Shown here piece by piece: positions 7,737-17,450 of a stretch of 64,000 bases of DNA. Each line of letters starts with the position of its first letter. Position 1 is the stretch's first letter. The notes under the pieces are model-generated. The model ran no database searches, was not told the DNA's origin, and worked only from the letters and a program-made list of their open reading frames with translations. This stretch comes from Patescibacteria group bacterium (GTDB taxonomy: Bacteria > Patescibacteriota > Microgenomatia > UBA8517). The position numbers and the translations under genes are program-made. Where the stretch lies: assembly GCA_026416845.1 (NCBI GenBank), contig JAOAEL010000005.1:229-64228 (forward strand). The letters run 5' to 3'.

Positions 7737-10700
7737 TTATTTTTCTGATGTCAAAGATTGTTCAAAAACTTTTTTCTGGTATTTAGCAATTTTCTCAGGC
7801 ACAACAGGAATTAATCTTCCTATAATTACATTTTCTTTAAGACCATACAAAGAATCTTCTTCCGCTGCAAGGGATGCGCTTGTTAATACATCAGTGGTTT
7901 GCTGGAAAGACGCAGCAGATAGCCAAGATCTAGTAAACAAAGACCTTCTTGTAATACCAAGAACTACCTGTTGCGCAGTTGCTGGTTCACCACCAGCAGC
8001 CAAAACTTTTTCATTTTCTTCTTCAAATAATGCTTTATCAACCAATTCTCCGGGAAGTAAAGGAGTGTCTCCCGAGGTTAATACCTTTACCTCATCACTC
8101 ATTTTTCTAATTATCACTTCAAAGTGTTTGTCGTTTATTGGTATACCTTGATTCTCATAAACTTTCTGAATTTCATCAAGTAAGTATTCTTGCGTCGCAC
8201 GCAAGCCTTTTACCGCCAAAATTTCTCGAATATCTAAAGGACCAACAGCTAAAGGTGTTCCAACTTCTACAAACTGTTTATCTTCAACTGCCAGCTGTAT
8301 AGTTTTAGGAATAATATATTCCCTCTCTTCTTTGTGTGCAGTTTTAGATGATGTAATTACAACTTTCCAACCATCATCAGTTTCGCCAACGCTAACACTA
8401 CCTGAGATCTCAGCTAAAGGAGCCATTACTTTAGGAGTTCTAGCCTCTATAAGTTCTTCTACTCTGGGTAAACCTTGAGTAACATCAATTCCAACAATAC
8501 CTGCCGCATGCTTTGTGCGCAAAGTCAATTGTGTGCCAGGTTCTCCTATAGACTGAGCTGCCAAAATACCAACAGGGGTTCCAATATCAACAACTTCACG
8601 CTTTGAAATATCAATTCCATAGCACTTTTGACAAATACCATACCTTAGGTTACAAGTTAAAGGGGACTTGACAACAACTTCTGGTATATTACAACTCTCA
8701 ATTTTTCTGGCAAGCTCTTCAGATATTAATTCATTAGCTTTAACAATCAATTCACCTTCAGCAGAGATGACATTTGCAGCAGCATATCTACCAAAAATAC
8801 GCATAAAGTAAGAATTTGGCCGTTGAGACTTTTTAACAACAATACCCTCATTGGTACCACAATCAGATGACCTGATTATAACATCGTGAGAAACATCTAC
8901 TAATCTTCTGGTCAAATAACCAGCATCAGCAGTTTTTAAAGCTGTATCAGTCAATCCTTTTCTAGATCCTCTTGAAGAAGTAACATATTCAAAAACTGAA
9001 AGTCCCTCATGAAAATTAGACTTGATTGGAAGCTCAACTATTTTTCCTAAAGGATCAACTACCAATCCCCTAATTGCAGCCAACTGTTTTATTTGTTCTT
9101 TAGACAAACGACCAACTTTTGCATCAATAAGAATTTTAATTGGACTACCATCTTCAATTAAAGACCAAGTTTTTTCTGCCAATTCTTCAGTTACTTCTAT
9201 CCAAACTTCTTTAACTTTTCGTCGCTTTTCTTCCAAAGTAATTAAACCTTGTTCAAATGCAGACTCTATTTCAGACACACGCAAATCAGCAGAGTGTAAA
9301 ATGTCACTCTTTTCAGGTAATATCTTTGAATCAAAAATACCAACAGAAAGGCCAGAAAGCGTTCCACCCATAAAACCTAAATCTTTAATATCATCAACCA
9401 TTTTGACAACTTCGTTTCTGGAAAGAATCGAAAACGCTTTTGTAAACAAGTTCTTTATGTGAGTAGAAGTTATTGATTCATTTACAAATCTAAATTGAGG
9501 TGGCAAAACCTCATTGAACATAATTCTGCCTACAGTTGTTTCAACTATATTTCCTTCTATTCTTACACAAATTAACTGCCTTAACCTAATCTTTTTTACC
9601 TGATAAGCTTGAATCGCATCTTGCTCATCTGCAAATAAATTAAAATAGGGTGTAATTTTAGAATCAACACTAGTTAAGTAATAAATTCCAAGCGCCATTT
9701 CTTTACTTGCAGGGTGTGTGATAGGGTTGCCGTTTGCAGGGCTAAGCAGGTTTTCTTCTGGCATCATGAGTTCTTTTGCCTCTTGAATTGCTTTTTGCGA
9801 AAGAGGAACATGCACAGCCATCTGATCTCCATCAAAATCAGCATTAAAACCACCACAAACAGCAGGATGCAATCTAATAGCGGAACCTTCGATTAAAACA
9901 GGATAAAAAGCTTGAATAGAAAGTTTATGCAAAGTAGGAGCACGATTCAAAAGAACAGGATGGTTTTTGGTAATCTCTTCTAAAATATCAAAAACTTCTG
10001 GAGGTCTTCTCTCAAGCATATTTTTTGCAGACTTAACATTTGGTGCAATATTGCGAGATATCATTTCACGAAGAACAAATGGCTTAAACATTTCAAGAGC
10101 CATATCTTTGGGTAAACCACATTGGTTCAATTTTAATTCAGGACCAACTATTATTACTGACCTACCTGAATAATCAACTCTTTTACCCAACAAATTTTGT
10201 CTAAAACGACCTTGCTTGCCTTTTAAAAGATCAGACAAAGATCTTAATGGTTGTTTAGCCCTACCTCTACGTATCGCCTTTCTTTGAGACGCATCGATAA
10301 GAGAATCAACCGCTTCCTGCAACATCCTTTTTTCGTTACGTAAAATTATCTCTGGAGCACCAAGCTCAATAAGATGCTTTAATCGATTGTTTCTGTTGAT
10401 TACTCTTCTGTATAAATCATTCAAATCGCTCGTTGCAAATCTGCCACCTGAAAGCTGAACCATAGGACGAAGGTCAGGCGGTAAAACTGGCAAACATTTA
10501 AAAATCATCCAAGAAGGACTTATTTTAGCTCTACGCATCGTGTCAACTAATTTAAGCCTTTTGGCAACTTTTACATATCTAGCTTCTGTGCCTTTAAGTA
10601 ATGACAATTCTTTCTTTAGTTCAACTGCAATTTTTTCAAGATTTAACATTTGCAATGCTTCAAGAACTGCTTCGGCACCCATTTTTACATCCAAAAAATC

Positions 10701-11489
10701 TGCGGCTCCATAATTTAAAAGTTCGTCATACTCTTCCTCAGAAATGATTGACAAAAACTTTAAAGATTTAACAAGATTTAACAAATCATTAAATAATTGA
10801 TTGCTTCTATCTTTTGCCTGTTTCTCCTCTTCCACAAGCATGGTTTCTTTTTTCCTTAGATTTAAATTTATTTCATCTTGAGCTAGGGCTAATTGTTCTT
10901 CATTTTTGATCTTTTTACTAATTTTTTCTTTATCTTCTAAAGCTTTTTTTTGAAGAGCAGACTTTTTTTCCGCAAAAATCTGAGCAATTTCATTTTCTCT
11001 AAATTCTCGAGCTTTTTCTAACTTTTTAATAGCATCTTTTTTTCTATCTTCTTTAACATTTAAAACTAAATATCTAGCAAAATATATCACTTGTTCAATA
11101 GAACGAGGAGAAACATCTAAAAGCAAAGATATCTTGCTAGGAGCTCCTTTGAAAAACCAAACATGAGCAATTGGGCATGAAAGCTCAATGTGCCCCATTC
11201 TTTCACGTCTAACTCTAGAAAGCGTCACTTCTACCCCACATTTATCGCACACTACACCTCTATATCTAATTTTTTTGTATTTTCCACAATAACACTCCCA
11301 ATCTTTACTAGGACCAAAAATCCTCTCGTCAAAAAGACCATCTTTTTCTGGCTTGAGAGTTCTATAATTAATGGTTTCAGGCTTTGTAACTTCACCTCTA
11401 GACCATTTTCTTATGTCTTCTGGGGAAGCCAACCTCAAAACCAAACTTTTAAAATCTGTTAAGTTTTTTAAATCTGTCAAAGGTTCCAT
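7737..11489 (-). CDS. rpoC: DNA-directed RNA polymerase beta' subunit
   Basis: N-terminal Zn ribbon (CYC...CDKC), NADFDGD catalytic motif, GYLTRRL bridge helix, [11 protein letters not shown]. The ORF-track start at 11498 is GTG; ATG 11489 is preferred. Confidence 0.98.
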   Translation of the reverse strand: MEPLTDLKNLTDFKSLVLRLASPEDIRKWSRGEVTKPETINYRTLKPEKDGLFDERIFGPSKDWECYCGKYKKIRYRGVVCDKCGVEVTLSRVRRERMGHIELSCPIAHVWFFKGAPSKISLLLDVSPRSIEQVIYFARYLVLNVKEDRKKDAIKKLEKAREFRENEIAQIFAEKKSALQKKALEDKEKISKKIKNEEQLALAQDEINLNLRKKETMLVEEEKQAKDRSNQLFNDLLNLVKSLKFLSIISEEEYDELLNYGAADFLDVKMGAEAVLEALQMLNLEKIAVELKKELSLLKGTEARYVKVAKRLKLVDTMRRAKISPSWMIFKCLPVLPPDLRPMVQLSGGRFATSDLNDLYRRVINRNNRLKHLIELGAPEIILRNEKRMLQEAVDSLIDASQRKAIRRGRAKQPLRSLSDLLKGKQGRFRQNLLGKRVDYSGRSVIIVGPELKLNQCGLPKDMALEMFKPFVLREMISRNIAPNVKSAKNMLERRPPEVFDILEEITKNHPVLLNRAPTLHKLSIQAFYPVLIEGSAIRLHPAVCGGFNADFDGDQMAVHVPLSQKAIQEAKELMMPEENLLSPANGNPITHPASKEMALGIYYLTSVDSKITPYFNLFADEQDAIQAYQVKKIRLRQLICVRIEGNIVETTVGRIMFNEVLPPQFRFVNESITSTHIKNLFTKAFSILSRNEVVKMVDDIKDLGFMGGTLSGLSVGIFDSKILPEKSDILHSADLRVSEIESAFEQGLITLEEKRRKVKEVWIEVTEELAEKTWSLIEDGSPIKILIDAKVGRLSKEQIKQLAAIRGLVVDPLGKIVELPIKSNFHEGLSVFEYVTSSRGSRKGLTDTALKTADAGYLTRRLVDVSHDVIIRSSDCGTNEGIVVKKSQRPNSYFMRIFGRYAAANVISAEGELIVKANELISEELARKIESCNIPEVVVKSPLTCNLRYGICQKCYGIDISKREVVDIGTPVGILAAQSIGEPGTQLTLRTKHAAGIVGIDVTQGLPRVEELIEARTPKVMAPLAEISGSVSVGETDDGWKVVITSSKTAHKEEREYIIPKTIQLAVEDKQFVEVGTPLAVGPLDIREILAVKGLRATQEYLLDEIQKVYENQGIPINDKHFEVIIRKMSDEVKVLTSGDTPLLPGELVDKALFEEENEKVLAAGGEPATAQQVVLGITRRSLFTRSWLSAASFQQTTDVLTSASLAAEEDSLYGLKENVIIGRLIPVVPEKIAKYQKKVFEQSLTSEK

Positions 11490-11527
11490 AAAGTACACAA
11501 TTATAAAATTCTTACGAACAAATCAAA

Positions 11528-14500
11528 TTAATTCTTTAAATCTTTACCCCAATTATTTACATTAGAATTTTTATTTTCAGCAATATCGTTTTCAGAAACA
11601 ACAAGATTTGCATTTTGATCTTTCATACTTTTATCAAAATCTTGATTATTAGAATTAGAATAAATGCCACCTTTTGGTTCCACGCAAAGACCCAAAGCAT
11701 TAAGCTCCCTTACCAAAACCTTAAAACTTTCAGGAACAGTAGCTTCTGGTATATCAACACCTTTAACAATGGCTTCAAAAGCCTTGGCTCTTCCAACAAC
11801 ATCATCAGATTTTACAGTTAACATTTCCTGTAAGGTATATGCTGCTCTATGAGATTCTAAACACCAAACTTCCATCTCTCCAAGACGCTGTCCGCCCATC
11901 TGAGCCTTACCACCAAGCGGCTGCTGAGTTACCAAAGAATAAGGCCCAGTGCTCCGCGCATGTGTTTTATCTTCAACCATATGCTTAAGTTTAAGAATAT
12001 AATTAACACCAACTACAGTATCTTCTTCAAAAGGCTCTCCTGTTCTACCATCATACAAACGAGCTTTCCCATTTACAGGAAGACCTGCAATTTTTAGCTG
12101 CTCTGCAATTACTTTGCTATCAATTTTGTCAAATACAGGAACAGCCCCAAATTTTTTTTGTTTTTGGAGTGCCCACCCTAAATGAGTTTCTAAAAGCTGT
12201 CCCAAATTCATTCTTGCAAGAACAGACAAAGGAGAAATTATAATATCTACAGGAGTGCCATCTTCAAGATAAGGCATATCTGCAATTGGCATTATTTTTG
12301 CTATAACACCTTTGTTTCCGTGTCTACCAGCAACTTTATCTCCAACAGCAATTTTTCTCATTTGAGCTACACGAACAATAACTCTTTCTATTACACCAGG
12401 ACCGAGTTCATCACCTTTATCCCTACTTAATTTTCTTACATCCACAACTATTCCACGTTCACCATGAGGCACACGAAGAGAAGTATCTCTAACATCTCTA
12501 GCTTTTTCACCAAAAATAGCTCTTAGAAGTCTTTCTTCAGCAGTCAATTCCGTTTCCCCTTTAGGAGCAATTTTACCCACTAAAATATCGTTTGGTTTCA
12601 CTTCTGCACCTATAACTACTATCCCATCTGAGGCTAAATTTCTAAGCTCTTGCTCCGGAACATTTGGTATATCTCTAGTAAGTTCTTCAGGACCAAGCTT
12701 TGTATCTACAACATCTACTTCATATTCTTCAATATGGATCGAGGTCAAAAGATCTTCTGTGACAAGCCTTTGAGAAACCAGTATTGCATCTTCAAACCCA
12801 TAACCTTCAAAAGACATGTAAGCAATAATAAGATTTCTACCTAAAGCTAAATCTCCATTCTCAATTGCCGGACCATCTGCCAAAAGGTCTCCTTTTTTGA
12901 CTATTTGACCTGGACGCACTCTTACTACTTGGTTATAACAAGTTGAATTGGCAGTTTTTTTAAATTTAGTTAAATAGTAAACTTCACGCCTACCTTCATC
13001 TGTCAATTCAACATCTTCTTCCACGTTTGCTTTTTGATTTACAGGTTCATCTAAAAACAACTCTATTCTATTTGAATCAGCATAAACAACCTTTCCAGAA
13101 TGCAAAGCTTTAATATGTCTTCGCATGCCATCTGCAACATGTTTTTCCATACCAGTACCAACAATTGGTGCTGAAGGATTAATCAAAGGAACTGCCTGAC
13201 ATTGCATATTGGCTCCCATTAATGCCCTATTGCCTTCATCGTTATTCAAAAACGGTATAAGAGAAGAAGACGCTCCAACAACTTGTCTTGGAGAAATATC
13301 AACAAAATCTACAAGTTCAACTGGACCTTCATTTATAGAATTGCGAAATCTTATAGGTACTCTTGGATCTAAAATATACCCCTCTTTGTCTAAATTTATT
13401 GAAGAATGGGTTATGTGTACATTTTCTTCATCTTCCGCATCAAGGTAAACAATTTCATCAGTAACTTTGACAAAAATTTTATCTCCCTTTTTAACTTTTT
13501 CGACTTTTCTATAAGGAGACTCTATAAACCCATACTCGTTGACCCTTGAATAAAGAGCTAAATAAGTAACTAAACCAATATTTTGCCCTTCTGGGGTTCG
13601 CACAGGATCTATCCTTCCATACTGAGAAGCATTAACATCTCGAATTGAAAAAGAAGCTCTGTCACGACTAATTCCACCCGGGCCCAAAACAGAAACTCGT
13701 CTTAAATTGTCAATTTCAGAAAGAGGATTTGTATCGTCGATTATCGTGGAAAGTTGATTTGATCTGAAAAACTCATTTATCGCTGCTATAAGGGGACGAG
13801 CGTTAATAAGAGTTGCAGGTAAAGGCTTATCTTCAGGTGAAATTAAACTCATTTTTTCTTTGATTGACCTTTCTAGTCTTAGCAAACCAATTCTAAAAGC
13901 ATGAGTAGAAACAAGCTCTCCAACTCTTTTAAGTCTTCTATTTGCTAAATGATCTATATCATCAACTTTCCCTTCTCCATTTTGCAACTTTATTAAATAA
14001 TTAATTGTAAACACAATATCTTGCTTGTTTAAAACCCAATTTTCGGGAACATTAGGGATGTTAAGGGAAAGCTTCTTGTTTATTTTAAACCTGCCAACTT
14101 TACCCAAATTATATCTTCTATTATCAAAGAATAAACTATGAAAAAAATTTTCAGCATTTTCCAATATTACTGGCTCACTTGGCCTCATCTTTCTGTATAT
14201 TTCCAAAAGAGCATCTTCCTTGGAAAAGGTAGTATCCTTAGCCAAAGTAGAATCTATATAACTTAAATAAACATATTGACTATCTTTGCCATAAAATTCA
14301 AACAAAGATTTGATTTCTTCTTTGTTTTCAATTCCCATAGCACGAAGAATTGTAGTTGCAAACACTTTCCTTTTTTTATCTATACGAGCAACTATTACAT
14401 TATTTCTAGTTACTTCAAACTCCAACCAAGACCCATGCATAGGGCGAATTTCAGCTTTATAAAGCATTCTGCCACTGGCAGCATCTAATTCTCCTGAAAA

Positions 14501-14926
14501 GTAAACACCAGGACTCCTAACAATTTGATTTATGACAACTCTTTCAATACCGTTTATTATAAAAGTTCCTCTAGAAGTCATTTGTGGAATTTCTCCCAAA
14601 AAAACCTCTTGTACTTTTTTATCTCCTGTTCTTTTGTTAACCAATGTCGCAGTAACACGAAGAGGAATAGAATAGTTTAATCCTTTTTCTTGAGCTTTTT
14701 TTGGAGTAATTTTTGGTTCTCCAAAAATAGGATTCTCCAAAATTATTTGCCAGTTTTTACCCGTAAAATCATCAATAGGAGAGATTTCACGCAAATCTTC
14801 AGATACTCCAAAACTTATAAAATCTTTCCAAGACTCACGCTGCACAAGAGACAAATCCAAAGGGGGTAGATCTTTTTCTTCTTTCCCAAAGTTTACCCTA
14901 CTAATGGTATTAAAAACTAAACTCAT
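11528..14926 (-). CDS. rpoB: DNA-directed RNA polymerase beta subunit
   Basis: GTFIINGIERV, DDIDHLANRR, GDKVAGRHGNKG, GGQRLGEMEVW. Confidence 0.98.
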   Translation of the reverse strand: MSLVFNTISRVNFGKEEKDLPPLDLSLVQRESWKDFISFGVSEDLREISPIDDFTGKNWQIILENPIFGEPKITPKKAQEKGLNYSIPLRVTATLVNKRTGDKKVQEVFLGEIPQMTSRGTFIINGIERVVINQIVRSPGVYFSGELDAASGRMLYKAEIRPMHGSWLEFEVTRNNVIVARIDKKRKVFATTILRAMGIENKEEIKSLFEFYGKDSQYVYLSYIDSTLAKDTTFSKEDALLEIYRKMRPSEPVILENAENFFHSLFFDNRRYNLGKVGRFKINKKLSLNIPNVPENWVLNKQDIVFTINYLIKLQNGEGKVDDIDHLANRRLKRVGELVSTHAFRIGLLRLERSIKEKMSLISPEDKPLPATLINARPLIAAINEFFRSNQLSTIIDDTNPLSEIDNLRRVSVLGPGGISRDRASFSIRDVNASQYGRIDPVRTPEGQNIGLVTYLALYSRVNEYGFIESPYRKVEKVKKGDKIFVKVTDEIVYLDAEDEENVHITHSSINLDKEGYILDPRVPIRFRNSINEGPVELVDFVDISPRQVVGASSSLIPFLNNDEGNRALMGANMQCQAVPLINPSAPIVGTGMEKHVADGMRRHIKALHSGKVVYADSNRIELFLDEPVNQKANVEEDVELTDEGRREVYYLTKFKKTANSTCYNQVVRVRPGQIVKKGDLLADGPAIENGDLALGRNLIIAYMSFEGYGFEDAILVSQRLVTEDLLTSIHIEEYEVDVVDTKLGPEELTRDIPNVPEQELRNLASDGIVVIGAEVKPNDILVGKIAPKGETELTAEERLLRAIFGEKARDVRDTSLRVPHGERGIVVDVRKLSRDKGDELGPGVIERVIVRVAQMRKIAVGDKVAGRHGNKGVIAKIMPIADMPYLEDGTPVDIIISPLSVLARMNLGQLLETHLGWALQKQKKFGAVPVFDKIDSKVIAEQLKIAGLPVNGKARLYDGRTGEPFEEDTVVGVNYILKLKHMVEDKTHARSTGPYSLVTQQPLGGKAQMGGQRLGEMEVWCLESHRAAYTLQEMLTVKSDDVVGRAKAFEAIVKGVDIPEATVPESFKVLVRELNALGLCVEPKGGIYSNSNNQDFDKSMKDQNANLVVSENDIAENKNSNVNNWGKDLKN

Positions 14927-14987
14927 TGGAATTTATTATTTTAGTATGAAGTTTTATCAAAAAAAGATATTAAATACACTTCTCAGA

Positions 14988-15015
14988 ATTATAGATAAAT
15001 AAAATTTAATGTCAA
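14988..15015 (-). promoter_or_regulatory. Consensus sigma70-type promoter for rpoB
   Basis: TTGACA(15015-15010)-16 bp-TATAAT(14993-14988). Confidence 0.7.
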
Positions 15016-15059
15016 TATACAATTTATCTTGTTATCTTTATATCTTATTTCAAAATATC

Positions 15060-16070
15060 TTATTTCAAATAAAGTTTTATATTTTCGTTGTGTTCTTTTA
15101 ATGTTTTGGCAAAATAAACTTTGCCATTCAAATCATGGATATAATACCTATACTCAGTTTGTTGAGGATAGATAACAGCTTTTATAGAAGATAATCCTGG
15201 ATTGCAAATCGGGGTAGGAGGTAATCCTTGATATTTATAAACATTATAAGGACTATCTAGATTAGTATAGTCATTCTTTGTTATCTTGGGCCACCAATTA
15301 GTACAAACTCCAACATTTTTGCATTGCAAATTCGCAAGGCCATATTGTAATGCTGCATCTGTTTGAAGCAAAAATCCTTCCTTAAGTCTGGCTAGTAATA
15401 AACCCGCAATAATTGGTCTTTCTTGCTCTGTTTTTGTCTCCCTTTCAATAATTGAAGCTAATACAATAACTTGACTTAGAGTCTTACCTTGTTTTGCAAT
15501 ATCAGCCCGCATTTGCTGATCAACCCGTTTCTCAAAATTATCTAACATTATATCAACAATTTTTTGAGGAGAAACGTTTTTAGGCATAAGATATGTATCT
15601 GGGAAAAGATACCCTTCTTTATCCAGTGTTAATCGTAAAAATTCATCACGAAAATCATCAGCTTCAACATCAGAAATCTCAAGTGCTTCAACTAAACGCT
15701 GAACAATTTCCTCACGCCTAAGTCCTTCAGGAATAGAAATCCAAACCTCTGTGGGACCTTTCAACAAAATCGAAATCACTTCCGAAAGAGTGTAAGATGA
15801 TGAAAGCAAGTATTCACCTGAAGGAATTTTATCTGATAATCCCTTTAATTGAACATAAATCTTAAAAGCAAGCGGACTTTTTATAAAACCTTGTCTATAC
15901 AACTCCGTCCCAATACTTTCAGCACTTTGACCTTTTTTAATTAAAAACTTTTTTTCTTCACCTACATTTGAAACAGCAGAAGAAGAGCTCTTCCACCACA
16001 AATAGCTAACCAATAACAACACAAAAAAAATTGCAAAAAAGAAAATTATTGTTTTTGAAAATCTTTTCAT
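15060..16070 (-). CDS. mltG: Endolytic transglycosylase MltG (YceG family)
   Basis: N-terminal TM, IPEG, EGYLFPDTY, LASIIERE, SPYNVYKYQGLPPTPICNPG. Confidence 0.95.
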   Translation of the reverse strand: MKRFSKTIIFFFAIFFVLLLVSYLWWKSSSSAVSNVGEEKKFLIKKGQSAESIGTELYRQGFIKSPLAFKIYVQLKGLSDKIPSGEYLLSSSYTLSEVISILLKGPTEVWISIPEGLRREEIVQRLVEALEISDVEADDFRDEFLRLTLDKEGYLFPDTYLMPKNVSPQKIVDIMLDNFEKRVDQQMRADIAKQGKTLSQVIVLASIIERETKTEQERPIIAGLLLARLKEGFLLQTDAALQYGLANLQCKNVGVCTNWWPKITKNDYTNLDSPYNVYKYQGLPPTPICNPGLSSIKAVIYPQQTEYRYYIHDLNGKVYFAKTLKEHNENIKLYLK

Positions 16071-16238
16071 GCCAAAAGCATTAATTAAGTGTAAGTTAAG
16101 TTAAGTTTAGAAATTTTATTAAAAACTATTTACAATGCCTACTTTACTAAACTATAAATCCAAAAACCAAATATTTCACAAAATTTACACAAAACAGATT
16201 ATTTAAGCATACTATGAAATAAATAGCATACAACACCA

Positions 16239-16631
16239 TCATTTGATTTGTGCATCTAAATAATTCTGCAAAATGATTGCCGCTGCATAAGCGTCTTTCA
16301 TTGCGCGTCTTTTTTTTTGTTTTTTACCACTTTCAATAGAAAGTTTCTGCGCTTCATATGTTGAAAGCGTTTCGTCTCGGAATTTAACTTTGGAAGATGT
16401 ACCATGCTGAAGCCTTCTAGCAAATTTTCTAATTCGACTAGCCATCTCTCCTTCCGAAATGCCTATTACTATTTCATTAACATTACCAAACGATTTAATA
16501 AGATTAGTTAATTTGTTTATCGCATCATCTTCATCTTTAACATTCATAACCATAAGCGGTTCCGCTAAATTACCTTCTGAAACCGCAATGCCAATTTTCT
16601 TTAATCCATAATCTATGCCTACAAACTTCAT
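16239..16631 (-). CDS. ruvX: YqgF/RuvX RNase-H-fold protein (pre-16S rRNA nuclease / resolvase-like)
   Basis: GIDYGLKKIGIAVS, DETLST, DAYAAAIILQNYLD; alaS-ruvX-mltG context. Confidence 0.92.
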   Translation of the reverse strand: MKFVGIDYGLKKIGIAVSEGNLAEPLMVMNVKDEDDAINKLTNLIKSFGNVNEIVIGISEGEMASRIRKFARRLQHGTSSKVKFRDETLSTYEAQKLSIESGKKQKKRRAMKDAYAAAIILQNYLDAQIK

Positions 16632-16683
16632 AAGTAAGTTTCAAAAAAAAGACTAAATTTTTTTCACAATACGATTGTTAAAA

Positions 16684-17367
16684 CTACATATCAAAAGGCG
16701 CCAACCTAGCTCTCACTATCAATCTCCTCGGCTTAAGTGGATGTCCTGGTGGAGTACACGTAACCAAAGTTAAATATGATCCAGATTTAGACTGTTCTAA
16801 TATTTGAATATCTGTAGGTCTTACTTCAAACATCGACTCTACTTGATACTTATAAGTAACACTATCATAAAACACATAAACTTCATCACCTTTACTTAGG
16901 CGAGGGAGTGTAGAAAATATCGAAAGATAATTTTTGGGATCAAAGTATTGTGGCAAAATTGAATGCCCAAAAATAACCGTATTCCCAATTTTACCAGGAA
17001 GAGCTGTGCCAGGATATTGGATTAATGAATCTGATAAATCTTCTGACCCTATTGCAACCCTTGCGTTTGCAATACCTAATTTCGGTATAGAAAGCGAGAA
17101 ATAAGTTTGTACCTTAGCGTTAAATTGTATATTATCATCATTTTGGATCCAATTACTAGCTTTAGTTAAATCTTTCGCAACAAAATCTAAGTCATTTGAT
17201 TCTTTAACCTCGACAGCCACAATCGGATATAAAAGGCTCGGATATTTATTGGCATATTCCCACTCATAAGCCAAAATAGGAAACACTGTAGAGAATATAA
17301 TAATTAAACCAGACACACCAACTACTAAAGCACAAAATCGAATCAAACGATTATGATTATATATCAT
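16684..17367 (-). CDS. Sortase (class D/E-like)
   Basis: N-terminal TM, LSIPKLG, GNTVIFGHS (His), LTLVTC (catalytic Cys), RRLIVRA (Arg). The ORF-track start at 17376 is TTG; ATG 17367 used. Confidence 0.92.
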   Translation of the reverse strand: MIYNHNRLIRFCALVVGVSGLIIIFSTVFPILAYEWEYANKYPSLLYPIVAVEVKESNDLDFVAKDLTKASNWIQNDDNIQFNAKVQTYFSLSIPKLGIANARVAIGSEDLSDSLIQYPGTALPGKIGNTVIFGHSILPQYFDPKNYLSIFSTLPRLSKGDEVYVFYDSVTYKYQVESMFEVRPTDIQILEQSKSGSYLTLVTCTPPGHPLKPRRLIVRARLAPFDM

Positions 17368-17450
17368 ATGAATCAAAACTGAATTTTAAAAATGTTAATC
17401 TGAATTATTGGTTTTGCTAAAAAAAACAAAAATATTCTAAAATCATTATT

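Noticed and set aside
7723-14488. Many 60-200 aa antisense or alternate-frame ORFs within rpoBC and likewise in fusA, ftsK, pnp, infB, dnaK and dnaJ
   Set aside because: They lie wholly inside well-supported genes, have no recognisable motifs and are expected shadows of codon bias.
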